Part shown: in pieces, positions 1-8,237 of the stretch
How the letters are laid out: every line of letters begins with the position of its first letter
Numbering within the stretch: position 1 is the first letter of the stretch
DNA from: Pseudomonadota bacterium
GTDB lineage: Bacteria > Pseudomonadota > Alphaproteobacteria > UBA2136 > JASBTF01
Length of the DNA stretch: 64,000 bases
Assembly (NCBI GenBank): GCA_030148545.1
Contig: JASBTF010000001.1
Location: 262,833-326,832, forward strand
Reading direction: 5' to 3'
Translations under genes and position numbers: made by a program
Notes under the pieces: generated by a model
Seen by the model: the letters and a program-made list of their open reading frames with translations, nothing else
Database searches by the model: none
What the model was told of the DNA's origin: nothing

Positions 1-137
1 GTAGTGCTATCTTCTGGCATGTGTCGCAAAACTTTATTAATCCAACAGCTGGTTGCATTGCGATGAACAAAAGCGATTTGCTGCAAGTGCTGCCATTGCT
101 TACGCCAGAAAGCACGGTAACGATCCAGCTGCGTTAA
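1..137 (+). CDS. 3' end of an unidentified gene (partial, runs off window start)
   Basis: Frame open from nt 3 to TAA at 135-137 (...MNKSDLLQVLPLLTPESTVTIQLR*), followed directly by a strong terminator; no family recognised. Confidence 0.3.
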   Translation, partial: SAIFWHVSQNFINPTAGCIAMNKSDLLQVLPLLTPESTVTIQLR

Positions 138-145
138 ACTTGCTT

Positions 146-178
146 AAAAAGAAAAGCGCCCCACTGGGGCGCTTTTTG
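146..178. terminator. Bidirectional intrinsic terminator between convergent genes
   Basis: Stem agcgcccc(155-162)/ggggcgct(166-173), loop act, flanked by an A-run and a T-run. Confidence 0.8.
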
Positions 179-195
179 CTGTGGTGTTGTCTCTA

Positions 196-813
196 CTATC
201 GAGAATAAAATTCCACAACCAAGTTTGGGTTCATTTGTACAGCGTATGGTACTTCGTCTAGTACTGGTAGGCGTACAAACTGGCCTTTCATAGCCTTAGG
301 GTCTAGGCTTAGGTACTCAGGCACTTCGCGCTGCATTTTTTCTAGAGTTTCCATAACCAATGGCATGGTGCGGCTACGCTCGCGTACTTCAATTACATCA
401 CCAGGCTTACAACGGTAAGATGGAATGTTAACAATCTTACCATTTACCAATACGTGCTTGTGGTTAACAAACTGACGCGCAGCAAAAACAGTTGGTACAA
501 AGTTTAGGCGGTAAACAATAGCGTCCAAACGGCTTTCTAGTAGTGCTACCAAGTTCTCAGAGGTGTCACCCTTGCGGCGTGTTGCATCGCCGTATGTGTT
601 ACGGAACTGCTTTTCAGTTACATCACCGTAGTAACCTTTTAGCTTTTGCTTTTCACGCAGCTGAATACCGTAGTCGGTCAATTTTCTGCGGCGGGCACCG
701 TGCATACCTGGACCAGCTTGGGTGCGGTTCACAGGGGACTTATCGCTACCCCATAGGTTTTCACCCATACGACGGTTAATTTTAAATTTAGCTATCTGAC
801 GACGATTAGGCAT
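196..813 (-). CDS. rpsD: 30S ribosomal protein S4
   Basis: 205 aa; ...KLKGYYG...LESRLD..VYRL.F..T...ARQ.V.H.H..VNG; S4 N-terminal and S4 RNA-binding motifs readable. Confidence 0.95.
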   Translation of the reverse strand: MPNRRQIAKFKINRRMGENLWGSDKSPVNRTQAGPGMHGARRRKLTDYGIQLREKQKLKGYYGDVTEKQFRNTYGDATRRKGDTSENLVALLESRLDAIVYRLNFVPTVFAARQFVNHKHVLVNGKIVNIPSYRCKPGDVIEVRERSRTMPLVMETLEKMQREVPEYLSLDPKAMKGQFVRLPVLDEVPYAVQMNPNLVVEFYSR

Positions 814-1150
814 CGTTCTCTCCTTGTTACATGTTCATTTTGCACTGACTAATTAACAACTGTGTCTTAACGGGTCTTTTTGACGATATTTTTCAACTTT
901 TTAACTTTCGCGGGACTCATGTAGTTAACTACACTCGAGTTTCCACGGTCTAAAAAGTCGTAAAATCTCATTCAAAAATCCTACGTTAATAAACCACAGT
1001 CGTGGCAACATCCGCCCCCATCGCAAGCATTTGTGTGCCCATAGGGTGGAGCCAGTGGGCGGTTTATGCCTGTTGTATTCATGCTTGTCAAGCACCTTGT
1101 CTGTCGTGTAGAGTTGCCGCCTTGTCATACCTTTTGAAGGGAGAGCGAAT

Positions 1151-1561
1151 ATGTTTGAGCTAGAGGGTACAGGCGGTGTTATACTGGCTGCCATTGTAAT
1201 AGCTTGTGTTGTAGCTCCTGTAACAGTTAAAAAATACCGTACAGAACAATTCTTAGAAAGAAAATGGTCTGGTATCTGCCGGCGGTTAGAGTTGATTGCA
1301 GAGCATGCCAATGGTGCGCAAATTAGCTCTGAAACGGGTGTGTATCATTTGTGCGATAATGATTATCATATTCATCTTGGTGAATTACCGTATGATGATG
1401 GACACAAATATTTAGAAAAACGCCTGCGTGAAATGAAAGTAGGCCATCAGCAAGATAATATCCTGCTGCAACAGTTCCAATTTTTTGATACTGATCTGCA
1501 CCCTAAAGGTGGGCGTGCTCTTTGGGTTCGCTGGCGACCAAAGTTGGCAGCCGCTGCCTAA
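1151..1561 (+). CDS. Hypothetical protein with one N-terminal TM helix
   Basis: 136-aa ORF, GGGAGAG RBS 6 nt upstream, hydrophobic segment GGVILAAIVIACVVAPV, strong terminator downstream; ends ...KLAAAA. Confidence 0.5.
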   Translation: MFELEGTGGVILAAIVIACVVAPVTVKKYRTEQFLERKWSGICRRLELIAEHANGAQISSETGVYHLCDNDYHIHLGELPYDDGHKYLEKRLREMKVGHQQDNILLQQFQFFDTDLHPKGGRALWVRWRPKLAAAA

Positions 1562-1580
1562 AAGATACAAAAAAAACTCA

Positions 1581-1610
1581 AGCACCGCCCTTTACGGGCG
1601 GTGCTTTTTC
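1581..1610 (+). terminator. Intrinsic terminator
   Basis: 10-bp stem agcaccgccc/gggcggtgct, loop tttac, T-run. Confidence 0.8.
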
Positions 1611-1651
1611 TTTCACAATCGGCCAACAAGAATTTAAGGGGAATTTACACC

Positions 1652-2827
1652 ATGTCTGCCATTGCTATTGTTGCTGCCAAACGTACCGCCATTGGCGCGT
1701 TTTTAGGGAGCTTAAGCAACGTGCCTGCACACCAGTTGGGCGCAACCGTTATGAAGCAAATTGTGGCTGATAGTGGGGTAGACGCTGCCGATGTAGATGA
1801 AGTGCTACTGGGCCAAGTGCTGACCGCTGCTTGTGGCCAAAACCCGGCGCGCCAAGCAAGTATTGCAGCAGGGCTAAGTGCAGCCACCCCGGCAATGACC
1901 ATTAACCGCGTATGCGGTAGCGGCTTGCAAACGGTGATTGATGCAGCGCGTTTGGTAAAACTTGGCGATCGCAACATTGTTATTGCTGGTGGACAGGAGT
2001 CCATGAGCCTTTCGCCGCACGCACAGCATTTGCGTAATGGACACAAGTTTAACGATGTAAAGCTGGTTGATACCATGGTGCACGATGGCTTGTGGGATGC
2101 TTTTAACGACTACCATATGGGTATTACTGCGGAGAACATTGCCGAGCAATTTGGCATTAACCGCGAAGACCAAGATCAGTTTGCGTTTGACTCCCAAAGT
2201 AAAGCTGCCGCAGCCATTGAGGCAGGCGCTTTTAATAACGAGATTGTGCCGGTGGAAATTCCGCAGCGTAAGGGCGACCCAGTGGTGTTCGATACCGATG
2301 AAAACCCACGCCTAACGCCTGCAGAAAAGCTAGCCAAACTGCGCCCTGCGTTTAAGGGTGATGGTACGGTAACCGCAGGTAATGCAAGCTCTTTGAACGA
2401 TGGTGCTGCAGCAGTAATGGTCATGAGTGCTGACGAAGCTGAAAAACGCGGGCTAGAACCACTCGCCTTGGTGAAGAGCTATGCCGTAGCAGGGGTGGAC
2501 CCAAGCATTATGGGTACTGGGCCAATTTCCGCTAGCCAACAAGCGTTGCAACATGCTGGTTGGAAACATGAAGATTTAGACTTGGTTGAGGCAAACGAAG
2601 CCTTTGCAGCTCAAGCGCTGTGCGTAAACCGCGAGCTAGGCTGGGATACCAGCAAGGTAAATGTAAGCGGCGGTGCTATTGCGCTGGGCCACCCTATTGG
2701 TGCCAGTGGTACCCGTTGTTTGGTAACATTGCTGCACGGCATGCAAGCGCGTGACGCTAAAAAAGGCCTTGCCACATTGTGTATTGGTGGCGGCATGGGC
2801 ATCGCCATGTGCGTAGAGAAGGCGTAA
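1652..2827 (+). CDS. Acetyl-CoA C-acetyltransferase (thiolase II)
   Basis: [17 protein letters not shown]..., NRVCGSGLQ active-site Cys, C-terminal ...[10 protein letters not shown]; AAGGGG RBS; internal ATG preferred over ORF-track start 1601. Confidence 0.93.
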   Translation: MSAIAIVAAKRTAIGAFLGSLSNVPAHQLGATVMKQIVADSGVDAADVDEVLLGQVLTAACGQNPARQASIAAGLSAATPAMTINRVCGSGLQTVIDAARLVKLGDRNIVIAGGQESMSLSPHAQHLRNGHKFNDVKLVDTMVHDGLWDAFNDYHMGITAENIAEQFGINREDQDQFAFDSQSKAAAAIEAGAFNNEIVPVEIPQRKGDPVVFDTDENPRLTPAEKLAKLRPAFKGDGTVTAGNASSLNDGAAAVMVMSADEAEKRGLEPLALVKSYAVAGVDPSIMGTGPISASQQALQHAGWKHEDLDLVEANEAFAAQALCVNRELGWDTSKVNVSGGAIALGHPIGASGTRCLVTLLHGMQARDAKKGLATLCIGGGMGIAMCVEKA

Positions 2828-2864
2828 TCCACTGTATGAACAAGATTTAAAGGAGTATCTAAGA

Positions 2865-4247
2865 ATGGCAAATTTTGATGTTTTGGTAATTGGTGCAGGC
2901 CCTGCGGGTTATGTGGCGGCTATTCGTGCGGCACAGCTGGGCTTTAATACAGCACTGGTAGAGAAGGACAAAACCCTTGGCGGTACCTGTCTTAATGTGG
3001 GGTGCATTCCAAGCAAAGCATTGCTGGATTCTTCTGAGAAATTTCACGCAGTACAACATGCTTATAGCGACCATGGTATTGGCGTGAGCGGCGTTAAACT
3101 GGATTTAGCTGCAATGATTAAGCGTAAAGACGGTGTGGTGAGCAAGCTTACCGGCGGTGTTGCAATGCTGATGAAGAAAAACAAAATTACTGTACTACAA
3201 GGCGCTGCCGAATTTACCGATAGCAAAACGGTGAAGGTGGGCAAGGATAGCCATAGCGCCAAACACATTATTATTGCTACGGGCTCCGTACCGGTGGAGC
3301 TGCCGTTTGCGAAATTTAATGGCGATACCATTATTAGCAGTACCGAAGCCTTGAGCCTGAACAAAGTGCCAAAACACTTGGTGGTGATTGGCGCAGGCGT
3401 TATTGGTTGCGAGCTAGGTAGTGTGTGGCACCGCTTGGGTGCGCAGGTAACATTGGTGGATATGGCACCAAGCTTAATGCCAGTCATGGATGGTGACCTT
3501 GGTAAAGCAGCGCAAAAAACGTTTGAAGCACAGGGGCTGAATTTTGAACTCGGCGTAAAAGTGTTAGATGTTAAAGCCACCAAAACAGGTGCTACCGTAC
3601 TGGTAGAAAAAGATGGTAAGCCAGTTGAAATTAAAGGTGACAAAGTGCTAGTGGCCGTGGGTCGCCGTGCCAATACCGAAAACTTGAACCTGCAAGCCGC
3701 CGGCGTGAACGCTAATGAACGTGGCGTGATTGCTGTGGGTGAGCACTACCAAACCAATGTAGAAGGCATCTACGCGATTGGAGATTGCACGCCGGGACCA
3801 ATGCTGGCTCACAAAGGTGAAGAAGAAGGCGTGGCCTGTGTAGAGCGCCTTGCAGGTATTGCCGGCCATGTGAACTACAACTGCATCCCGTGGGTGGTTT
3901 ATACCGCACCAGAACTGGCAGGTGTTGGCCTCACCAGCGAGCAATGTAAGGAGCAGGGCATTAAGGTAAATGTTGGTAAGTTTAGCTTTGCGGCCAATGG
4001 TCGTGCCTTGGCTGCTGATGTAGGCGAAGGCTTTGTGAAGATGATTGCCGATGCCAAAACCGACCGCATTTTAGGTGTGCATATGTTTGGCCACCACGTG
4101 AGTGAGCTGATTGCCGAAGTCGCCGTAGCTATGGAATTTGGCGCCAGCGCTGAGGATATTGCGCGTAGCGTGCACGCGCACCCAACCATGAGCGAGGCCA
4201 CGAAGGAAGCTGCCCTAGCGGTGGACAAACGCGCCCTACACGCGTAA
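2865..4247 (+). CDS. lpdA: Dihydrolipoyl dehydrogenase (E3)
   Basis: GAGPAGY FAD motif, redox disulfide [14 protein letters not shown]-terminal HAHPT..E interface motif. Confidence 0.93.
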   Translation: MANFDVLVIGAGPAGYVAAIRAAQLGFNTALVEKDKTLGGTCLNVGCIPSKALLDSSEKFHAVQHAYSDHGIGVSGVKLDLAAMIKRKDGVVSKLTGGVAMLMKKNKITVLQGAAEFTDSKTVKVGKDSHSAKHIIIATGSVPVELPFAKFNGDTIISSTEALSLNKVPKHLVVIGAGVIGCELGSVWHRLGAQVTLVDMAPSLMPVMDGDLGKAAQKTFEAQGLNFELGVKVLDVKATKTGATVLVEKDGKPVEIKGDKVLVAVGRRANTENLNLQAAGVNANERGVIAVGEHYQTNVEGIYAIGDCTPGPMLAHKGEEEGVACVERLAGIAGHVNYNCIPWVVYTAPELAGVGLTSEQCKEQGIKVNVGKFSFAANGRALAADVGEGFVKMIADAKTDRILGVHMFGHHVSELIAEVAVAMEFGASAEDIARSVHAHPTMSEATKEAALAVDKRALHA

Positions 4248-4256
4248 AAAGAGGCC

Positions 4257-5912
4257 ATGATAGGTCTCGTACTCAAGCTTAGCGCCACGTTTGTAACGTG
4301 GTACCAGCAAACCATACGCCAGTTGCCGCAAGCAGCGGCTGTGCTGCTGGGTATTGCACTGTTTTGGGTGATGAAGGAGCCGCTTGGCGCCCTACAAAAC
4401 CCCGACTATACCTATGCACTGGTGCCAGGTGCGCTTATTGCGCTGCTGGGTTTTAACATTAGCGTTAGCAAGCTTTCTGTCAGCTATCGCATTATTTACC
4501 GTGTCATGATTGGTATGCTGTTCTTTTACAGCTTTACCGCTGGGTTTAGCGCTTTGCCAGAGGTGTTAAATGCCGGCCGTAACGAACTGACACAATGGGG
4601 CATTAGTAATGCGCATATTGTGCTTATTGTTGCTGGTATTTTGGCCTTTTGGCGCGTTGGTTTTGGTGCTTATGTGGTGTTGCACACCATGTGGGAAAAA
4701 GCGCTGATGAGCGATGTTCTACAAACCGGTATTCAAACGACTGATTACCTTAACTTGGCGCAAGGTATTTTGTTTATGGTATTGGCCACGCTAGTTGCGC
4801 AATACCTGCCATATATTATCCGTAACATGCCAAAACTGGTGGCGGATGAAGACCGTGCCACACGTGAGCGTGACTACCTCAGCTACAGCCAAACTATTAT
4901 GATGGCTATGTTCGCCATTCACTTTGTGAATTACTTCACCTCCGGCGTGATGAAAATTCGCCTCAGTAATCCGTGGTGGGAGTGGCTAATCACTAACGAT
5001 ACATCGGCCATTATGATGGCCGCAGATTTGGCGCACCTTAACCCCTTGCTGACCTTCCCATGGTTGCTGGCTCCGCTCTATTGGTTAATGGAAAACGGCT
5101 TTGTGGTATTTAATGTGTTGGTTCTTGGCGGTCAGCTATTGAGCATTGTTGCCTTGCGTAATTTCCGTGCGGCGCTGGTACTCACCATTTTCTTCGACCT
5201 CATGCACACCATGATCTTCTTCGCCACCGGCATCTTCTTCTGGAAATGGATTTTAGCCAATTTAGCCTTTGTGACAGCCCTAAGCGCCATGACACACAAA
5301 CGGTTAACGTGGCCGGCTTATGGCTTTTTCCTCGCCATCTTTTTAGGGGCTAAGTTTGTTTTCCACGTGGTGTGGCTTGGCTGGTTCGATACACATAGCA
5401 GTGTGGATATTCATTTTGAGGCGGTGACCGAAACGGGCGAGGTGTATCGTGTGCCATCAAATTATTTCCTCGGTGGTTCGGTGCAAGTCTCTCAGCAGCG
5501 TATGGGTCGCCCAGCGGGGCAATATGGCTCCATTGCGGGGCACTTCCCTACCATGACTTTAGGCTCAGTTTACAATACTGCTTTCCACCACTTGGACGAC
5601 AAGTGCGGCCTGCCGCGCCAAAAGCCAATTCCGTTAACCGACCAGCCTAATGTGCGTAAGGCAAACCACATTGTATCGGTTATTCATCCATATATTTTGT
5701 CTCAGGTGGATGAAAATGGCCGCCTGAATTACGACCTATATCCACACCACATTTGGTCTAACGTGTTTATGTTTGATGATTTTAAACAGCTGGATAAACG
5801 CACCATTAGCTATTACCGCTATGTGGTTGAGTCGGTTTGTACAAAACTGAAAGAAGGAAGAGCAGAACGTAATGTCGTCTACCGCAGCACGCTCGACATC
5901 CCCGTCAAATAG
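4257..5912 (+). CDS. Polytopic inner-membrane protein, unknown family, with soluble C-terminal ~170 aa
   Basis: 551-aa ORF with ~10 or more hydrophobic segments; 41-nt overlap with the downstream DCC gene. Confidence 0.6.
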   Translation: MIGLVLKLSATFVTWYQQTIRQLPQAAAVLLGIALFWVMKEPLGALQNPDYTYALVPGALIALLGFNISVSKLSVSYRIIYRVMIGMLFFYSFTAGFSALPEVLNAGRNELTQWGISNAHIVLIVAGILAFWRVGFGAYVVLHTMWEKALMSDVLQTGIQTTDYLNLAQGILFMVLATLVAQYLPYIIRNMPKLVADEDRATRERDYLSYSQTIMMAMFAIHFVNYFTSGVMKIRLSNPWWEWLITNDTSAIMMAADLAHLNPLLTFPWLLAPLYWLMENGFVVFNVLVLGGQLLSIVALRNFRAALVLTIFFDLMHTMIFFATGIFFWKWILANLAFVTALSAMTHKRLTWPAYGFFLAIFLGAKFVFHVVWLGWFDTHSSVDIHFEAVTETGEVYRVPSNYFLGGSVQVSQQRMGRPAGQYGSIAGHFPTMTLGSVYNTAFHHLDDKCGLPRQKPIPLTDQPNVRKANHIVSVIHPYILSQVDENGRLNYDLYPHHIWSNVFMFDDFKQLDKRTISYYRYVVESVCTKLKEGRAERNVVYRSTLDIPVK

Positions 5913-6300
5913 CGATAACAGCACCGCTGGTGTGGTCATCATCTACGATGGTGAGTGTATTTTTTGTGCCAGCTACGTAAAACTAACGCGCTTGCGCGAA
6001 AATTTAGGGAAGGTGGAGCTGGTGAACGCTCGCGAGATAACGCACCCCGCGGTACAACATATTACCAGCAAAGGGCTAGACCTAAACGAAGGTATGGCGG
6101 TGATCTACCAAGAGCGTATTTATCATGGTGCCGATGCAGTGAGCTTTTTGGCTGCTTTTACCCGCCCTGTGGGGCCGTTTAATGCACTTAACAAGCTGCT
6201 GTTTACCTCTAAGCCGTTTAGCCGTTTGATGTATCCACTGCTGCGTTTTGGCCGTAACACCACGTTGCTGCTACGCGGCCGCAAACAAATTAAGCAGTAA
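5872..6300 (+). CDS. DCC-family thiol-disulfide oxidoreductase (DUF393-like)
   Basis: N-terminal IIYDGECIFCASYV (YDGxCxxC signature). Confidence 0.7.
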   Translation: MSSTAARSTSPSNSDNSTAGVVIIYDGECIFCASYVKLTRLRENLGKVELVNAREITHPAVQHITSKGLDLNEGMAVIYQERIYHGADAVSFLAAFTRPVGPFNALNKLLFTSKPFSRLMYPLLRFGRNTTLLLRGRKQIKQ

Positions 6301-6306
6301 GTAGAT

Positions 6307-6996
6307 ATGAAAAATTCTAATGGACATTTAGTCGTGGTGCCTACGCCGCTGGGTAACTTGAATGATGCGAGCCCACGCTTGAAAGAAGCGCTGGAGCAGG
6401 CGGACGCCATTGCCGCGGAGGACACACGCCGTACTGGCCGCCTCTTGCAGCAGCTGGGGTTGCCCAAAAAGCGTTTGCTAAGCCACCACGACCATAACGA
6501 ACGCCAGAGCGCTGCAGGCATTGTTAAACTGTTGGAGCAGGGGCAAAATATTGCCTTAGTGAGTGATGGTGGCACACCCGGTGTATCGGATCCGGGGGCA
6601 ACCTTGGTGGCTGCTGCTCACGCGGCAAATATTGCCGTTAGCAGTTTGCCGGGGCCATGTGCAGCCACCACGGCTATGGCAGCCAGCGGCTTGCCGGGGC
6701 CGTTTACGGTGTGGGGGTTTCCGCCACGTACACCCAAAAAACGTATCGATTGGGCGCAAAACCATACCGATTGGCCAACGCACCATGTGTTTTATGAGGC
6801 ACCAAACCGTTTAATTGCTTTGCTGGAAGTACTAGCGGCAGAGTGGGGCGACCGCCCGGCACTATTGGCGCGCGAGCTGACTAAAATCCATGAGGAATTC
6901 CTGCTGCTGCCATTGCCTGAGCTGCTGGCAGAGCTGCAATCTCGCGATGCTTTAAAAGGGGAATGCACGCTGGTTGTGGCTGGTCAGAGGAAATAA
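6307..6996 (+). CDS. rsmI: 16S rRNA (cytidine1402-2'-O)-methyltransferase
   Basis: LVVVPTPLGNL.D.SPR....L...D.IAAEDTR....LL; GTPGVSDPG tetrapyrrole-methylase-fold motifs. Confidence 0.85.
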   Translation: MKNSNGHLVVVPTPLGNLNDASPRLKEALEQADAIAAEDTRRTGRLLQQLGLPKKRLLSHHDHNERQSAAGIVKLLEQGQNIALVSDGGTPGVSDPGATLVAAAHAANIAVSSLPGPCAATTAMAASGLPGPFTVWGFPPRTPKKRIDWAQNHTDWPTHHVFYEAPNRLIALLEVLAAEWGDRPALLARELTKIHEEFLLLPLPELLAELQSRDALKGECTLVVAGQRK

Positions 6997-7213
6997 AGCG
7001 GAACAGGCATCTATCGTGATTTATGCACACCGCTTTGTGGTTTAAAAAACGCTGGGTATGAGGAGGGTGTTTGGTGGTCCAATTTACATTATCCCTAAAA
7101 ACTGCTACTATTTGAGCAACCTTACGTTATAGCTTTTTATATATTGTCGCTTCGCGGCATGAAACGCTATCGCGTGCGGTTATTTTGTCCACTTTTTGTT
7201 TGGGAGAAAAATC

Positions 7214-7282
7214 ATGACCAAACGCCCGATTTTGCGCCGACCTGGCACGCAGGAAGTCATTTCAGCAACCGAGACGATCTAA
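7214..7282 (+). CDS. 22-codon mini-ORF (MTKRPILRRPGTQEVISATETI), small protein or leader peptide candidate
   Basis: GGGAG 7 nt upstream of ATG; intrinsic terminator ~40 nt downstream; no homolog recognised. Confidence 0.25.
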   Translation: MTKRPILRRPGTQEVISATETI

Positions 7283-7322
7283 TTGATCACCTGCGTGTGA
7301 TTGACACCACTACAACCAGAAA

Positions 7323-7350
7323 CCCCCGGCTTAACCTCCGGGGTGTTTTT
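7323..7350 (+). terminator. Intrinsic terminator
   Basis: ccccgg(7324-7329)/ccgggg(7338-7343) stem followed by gtgttttt. Confidence 0.6.
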
Positions 7351-7386
7351 GTACCTAAATCTATTGTATACTTACCATGTGTTTTG

Positions 7387-7451
7387 TATATCACAATGCT
7401 GATGCTGATTGGGTCGGCATAATTCGTAAAAAATCGGCATGTGGTGCTGAA
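7387..7451. repeat. Conserved intergenic motif, copy 1 (second copy at 63412-63488)
   Basis: gatgctgattgggtcggcataa matches gatgctgatgtggtcggcataa at 20 of 22 nt; flanking tatat..caa.tgc and gcatg.ggtgctgaa are also shared. Confidence 0.5.
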
Positions 7452-7669
7452 TGGTGCACAATACAAGCATGACTATTGCGCACAAACCGACCAAGAAAGA
7501 AAAGAAAGAACTACTCGGTATTTTGGAGCGGTTGCAGCAGTCTGCTCAGCGTAATTTAAACCCACGTACCGAGCCTGAAAAGCAAGAGCCAGAGCTGGAT
7601 CCAGCACAGCTGCCCGCATCATTCTTCAATTTTTTTGAACTCCAGCAAGAAGAACAAGTGGCACACTAA
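7451..7669 (+). CDS. Hypothetical small acidic protein
   Basis: 72-aa ORF, no recognisable domain, weak RBS; alternative start MTIAHKP at 7469. Confidence 0.35.
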   Translation: MVHNTSMTIAHKPTKKEKKELLGILERLQQSAQRNLNPRTEPEKQEPELDPAQLPASFFNFFELQQEEQVAH

Positions 7670-7728
7670 AATACTTTGCGCGCACTTTGGAGCTGGACAA
7701 TATTAAACGTATACGGTTATAACACAGC

Positions 7729-8187
7729 ATGCCTTACAGCTTGATTAAACACGACCAGCCCATTGTTGCTAAAACCAAAGGCCCACTTGTATTTTTAGGA
7801 GGTCGCTGCAAAGGACGCGACTGGCGTTTGGACTTCTTCCACCGTTTTGAACAAACCGATATTAACTTTATTAACCCGCAGCGCGACCAGTTTGTGGACC
7901 CTGAATTTGCGCCGTCAGAGCACGTTTTGCAGGTAAGCTGGGAACGTCAAGCGCTAGATGAAGCCGATATTTGCGTGTTCTGGCTTGGTGAAGGTTTGCA
8001 CAATCAAGCTGCCCGCGTGGAAATTGGTTATGCCCTAGCTACTGGTAAGCCAGTGCTACTGGGCGCTGAAGAAGGTTTTGTGGGTATGGAGCACTTAGCA
8101 GGGTTCTCCGGCATGGTGCTTAGCAAATCTATTGATGGTCTTATGAACCGCTTTGCTAGCCTCATTACTTCCTATAAAGCTGCTTAG
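7729..8187 (+). CDS. Nucleoside 2-deoxyribosyltransferase-like protein
   Basis: VFLGGRC...DWR......INF.NPQ...; EADICVFWL....QAARVEIGYALATGKPVLL resembles the Nuc_deoxyri_tr2 pattern (recollection, not searched). Confidence 0.5.
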   Translation: MPYSLIKHDQPIVAKTKGPLVFLGGRCKGRDWRLDFFHRFEQTDINFINPQRDQFVDPEFAPSEHVLQVSWERQALDEADICVFWLGEGLHNQAARVEIGYALATGKPVLLGAEEGFVGMEHLAGFSGMVLSKSIDGLMNRFASLITSYKAA

Positions 8188-8202
8188 TTCATTTGAATTT
8201 AT

Positions 8203-8235
8203 AAAAGTAACCGCCCTTGGGGGCGGTTACTTTTT
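8203..8235. terminator. Bidirectional intrinsic terminator
   Basis: 10-bp stem gtaaccgccc/gggcggttac with A-run and T-run flanks, between convergent genes. Confidence 0.85.
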
Positions 8236-8237
8236 GT

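Noticed and set aside
814-1150. 337-bp untranslated region between divergent rpsD and the 1151 ORF, considered as an S4 autoregulatory leader or ncRNA
   Set aside because: Only weak, widely spaced stems were found by eye (ccgccc/gggcgg with a 38-nt loop). I could not support a specific structure without folding or covariation analysis.
7144-7422. 92-aa plus-strand ORF in the rsmI-downstream gap
   Set aside because: It has no RBS, reads through an intrinsic terminator, and is in a different frame from the well-initiated 22-codon ORF. It is probably not a gene.
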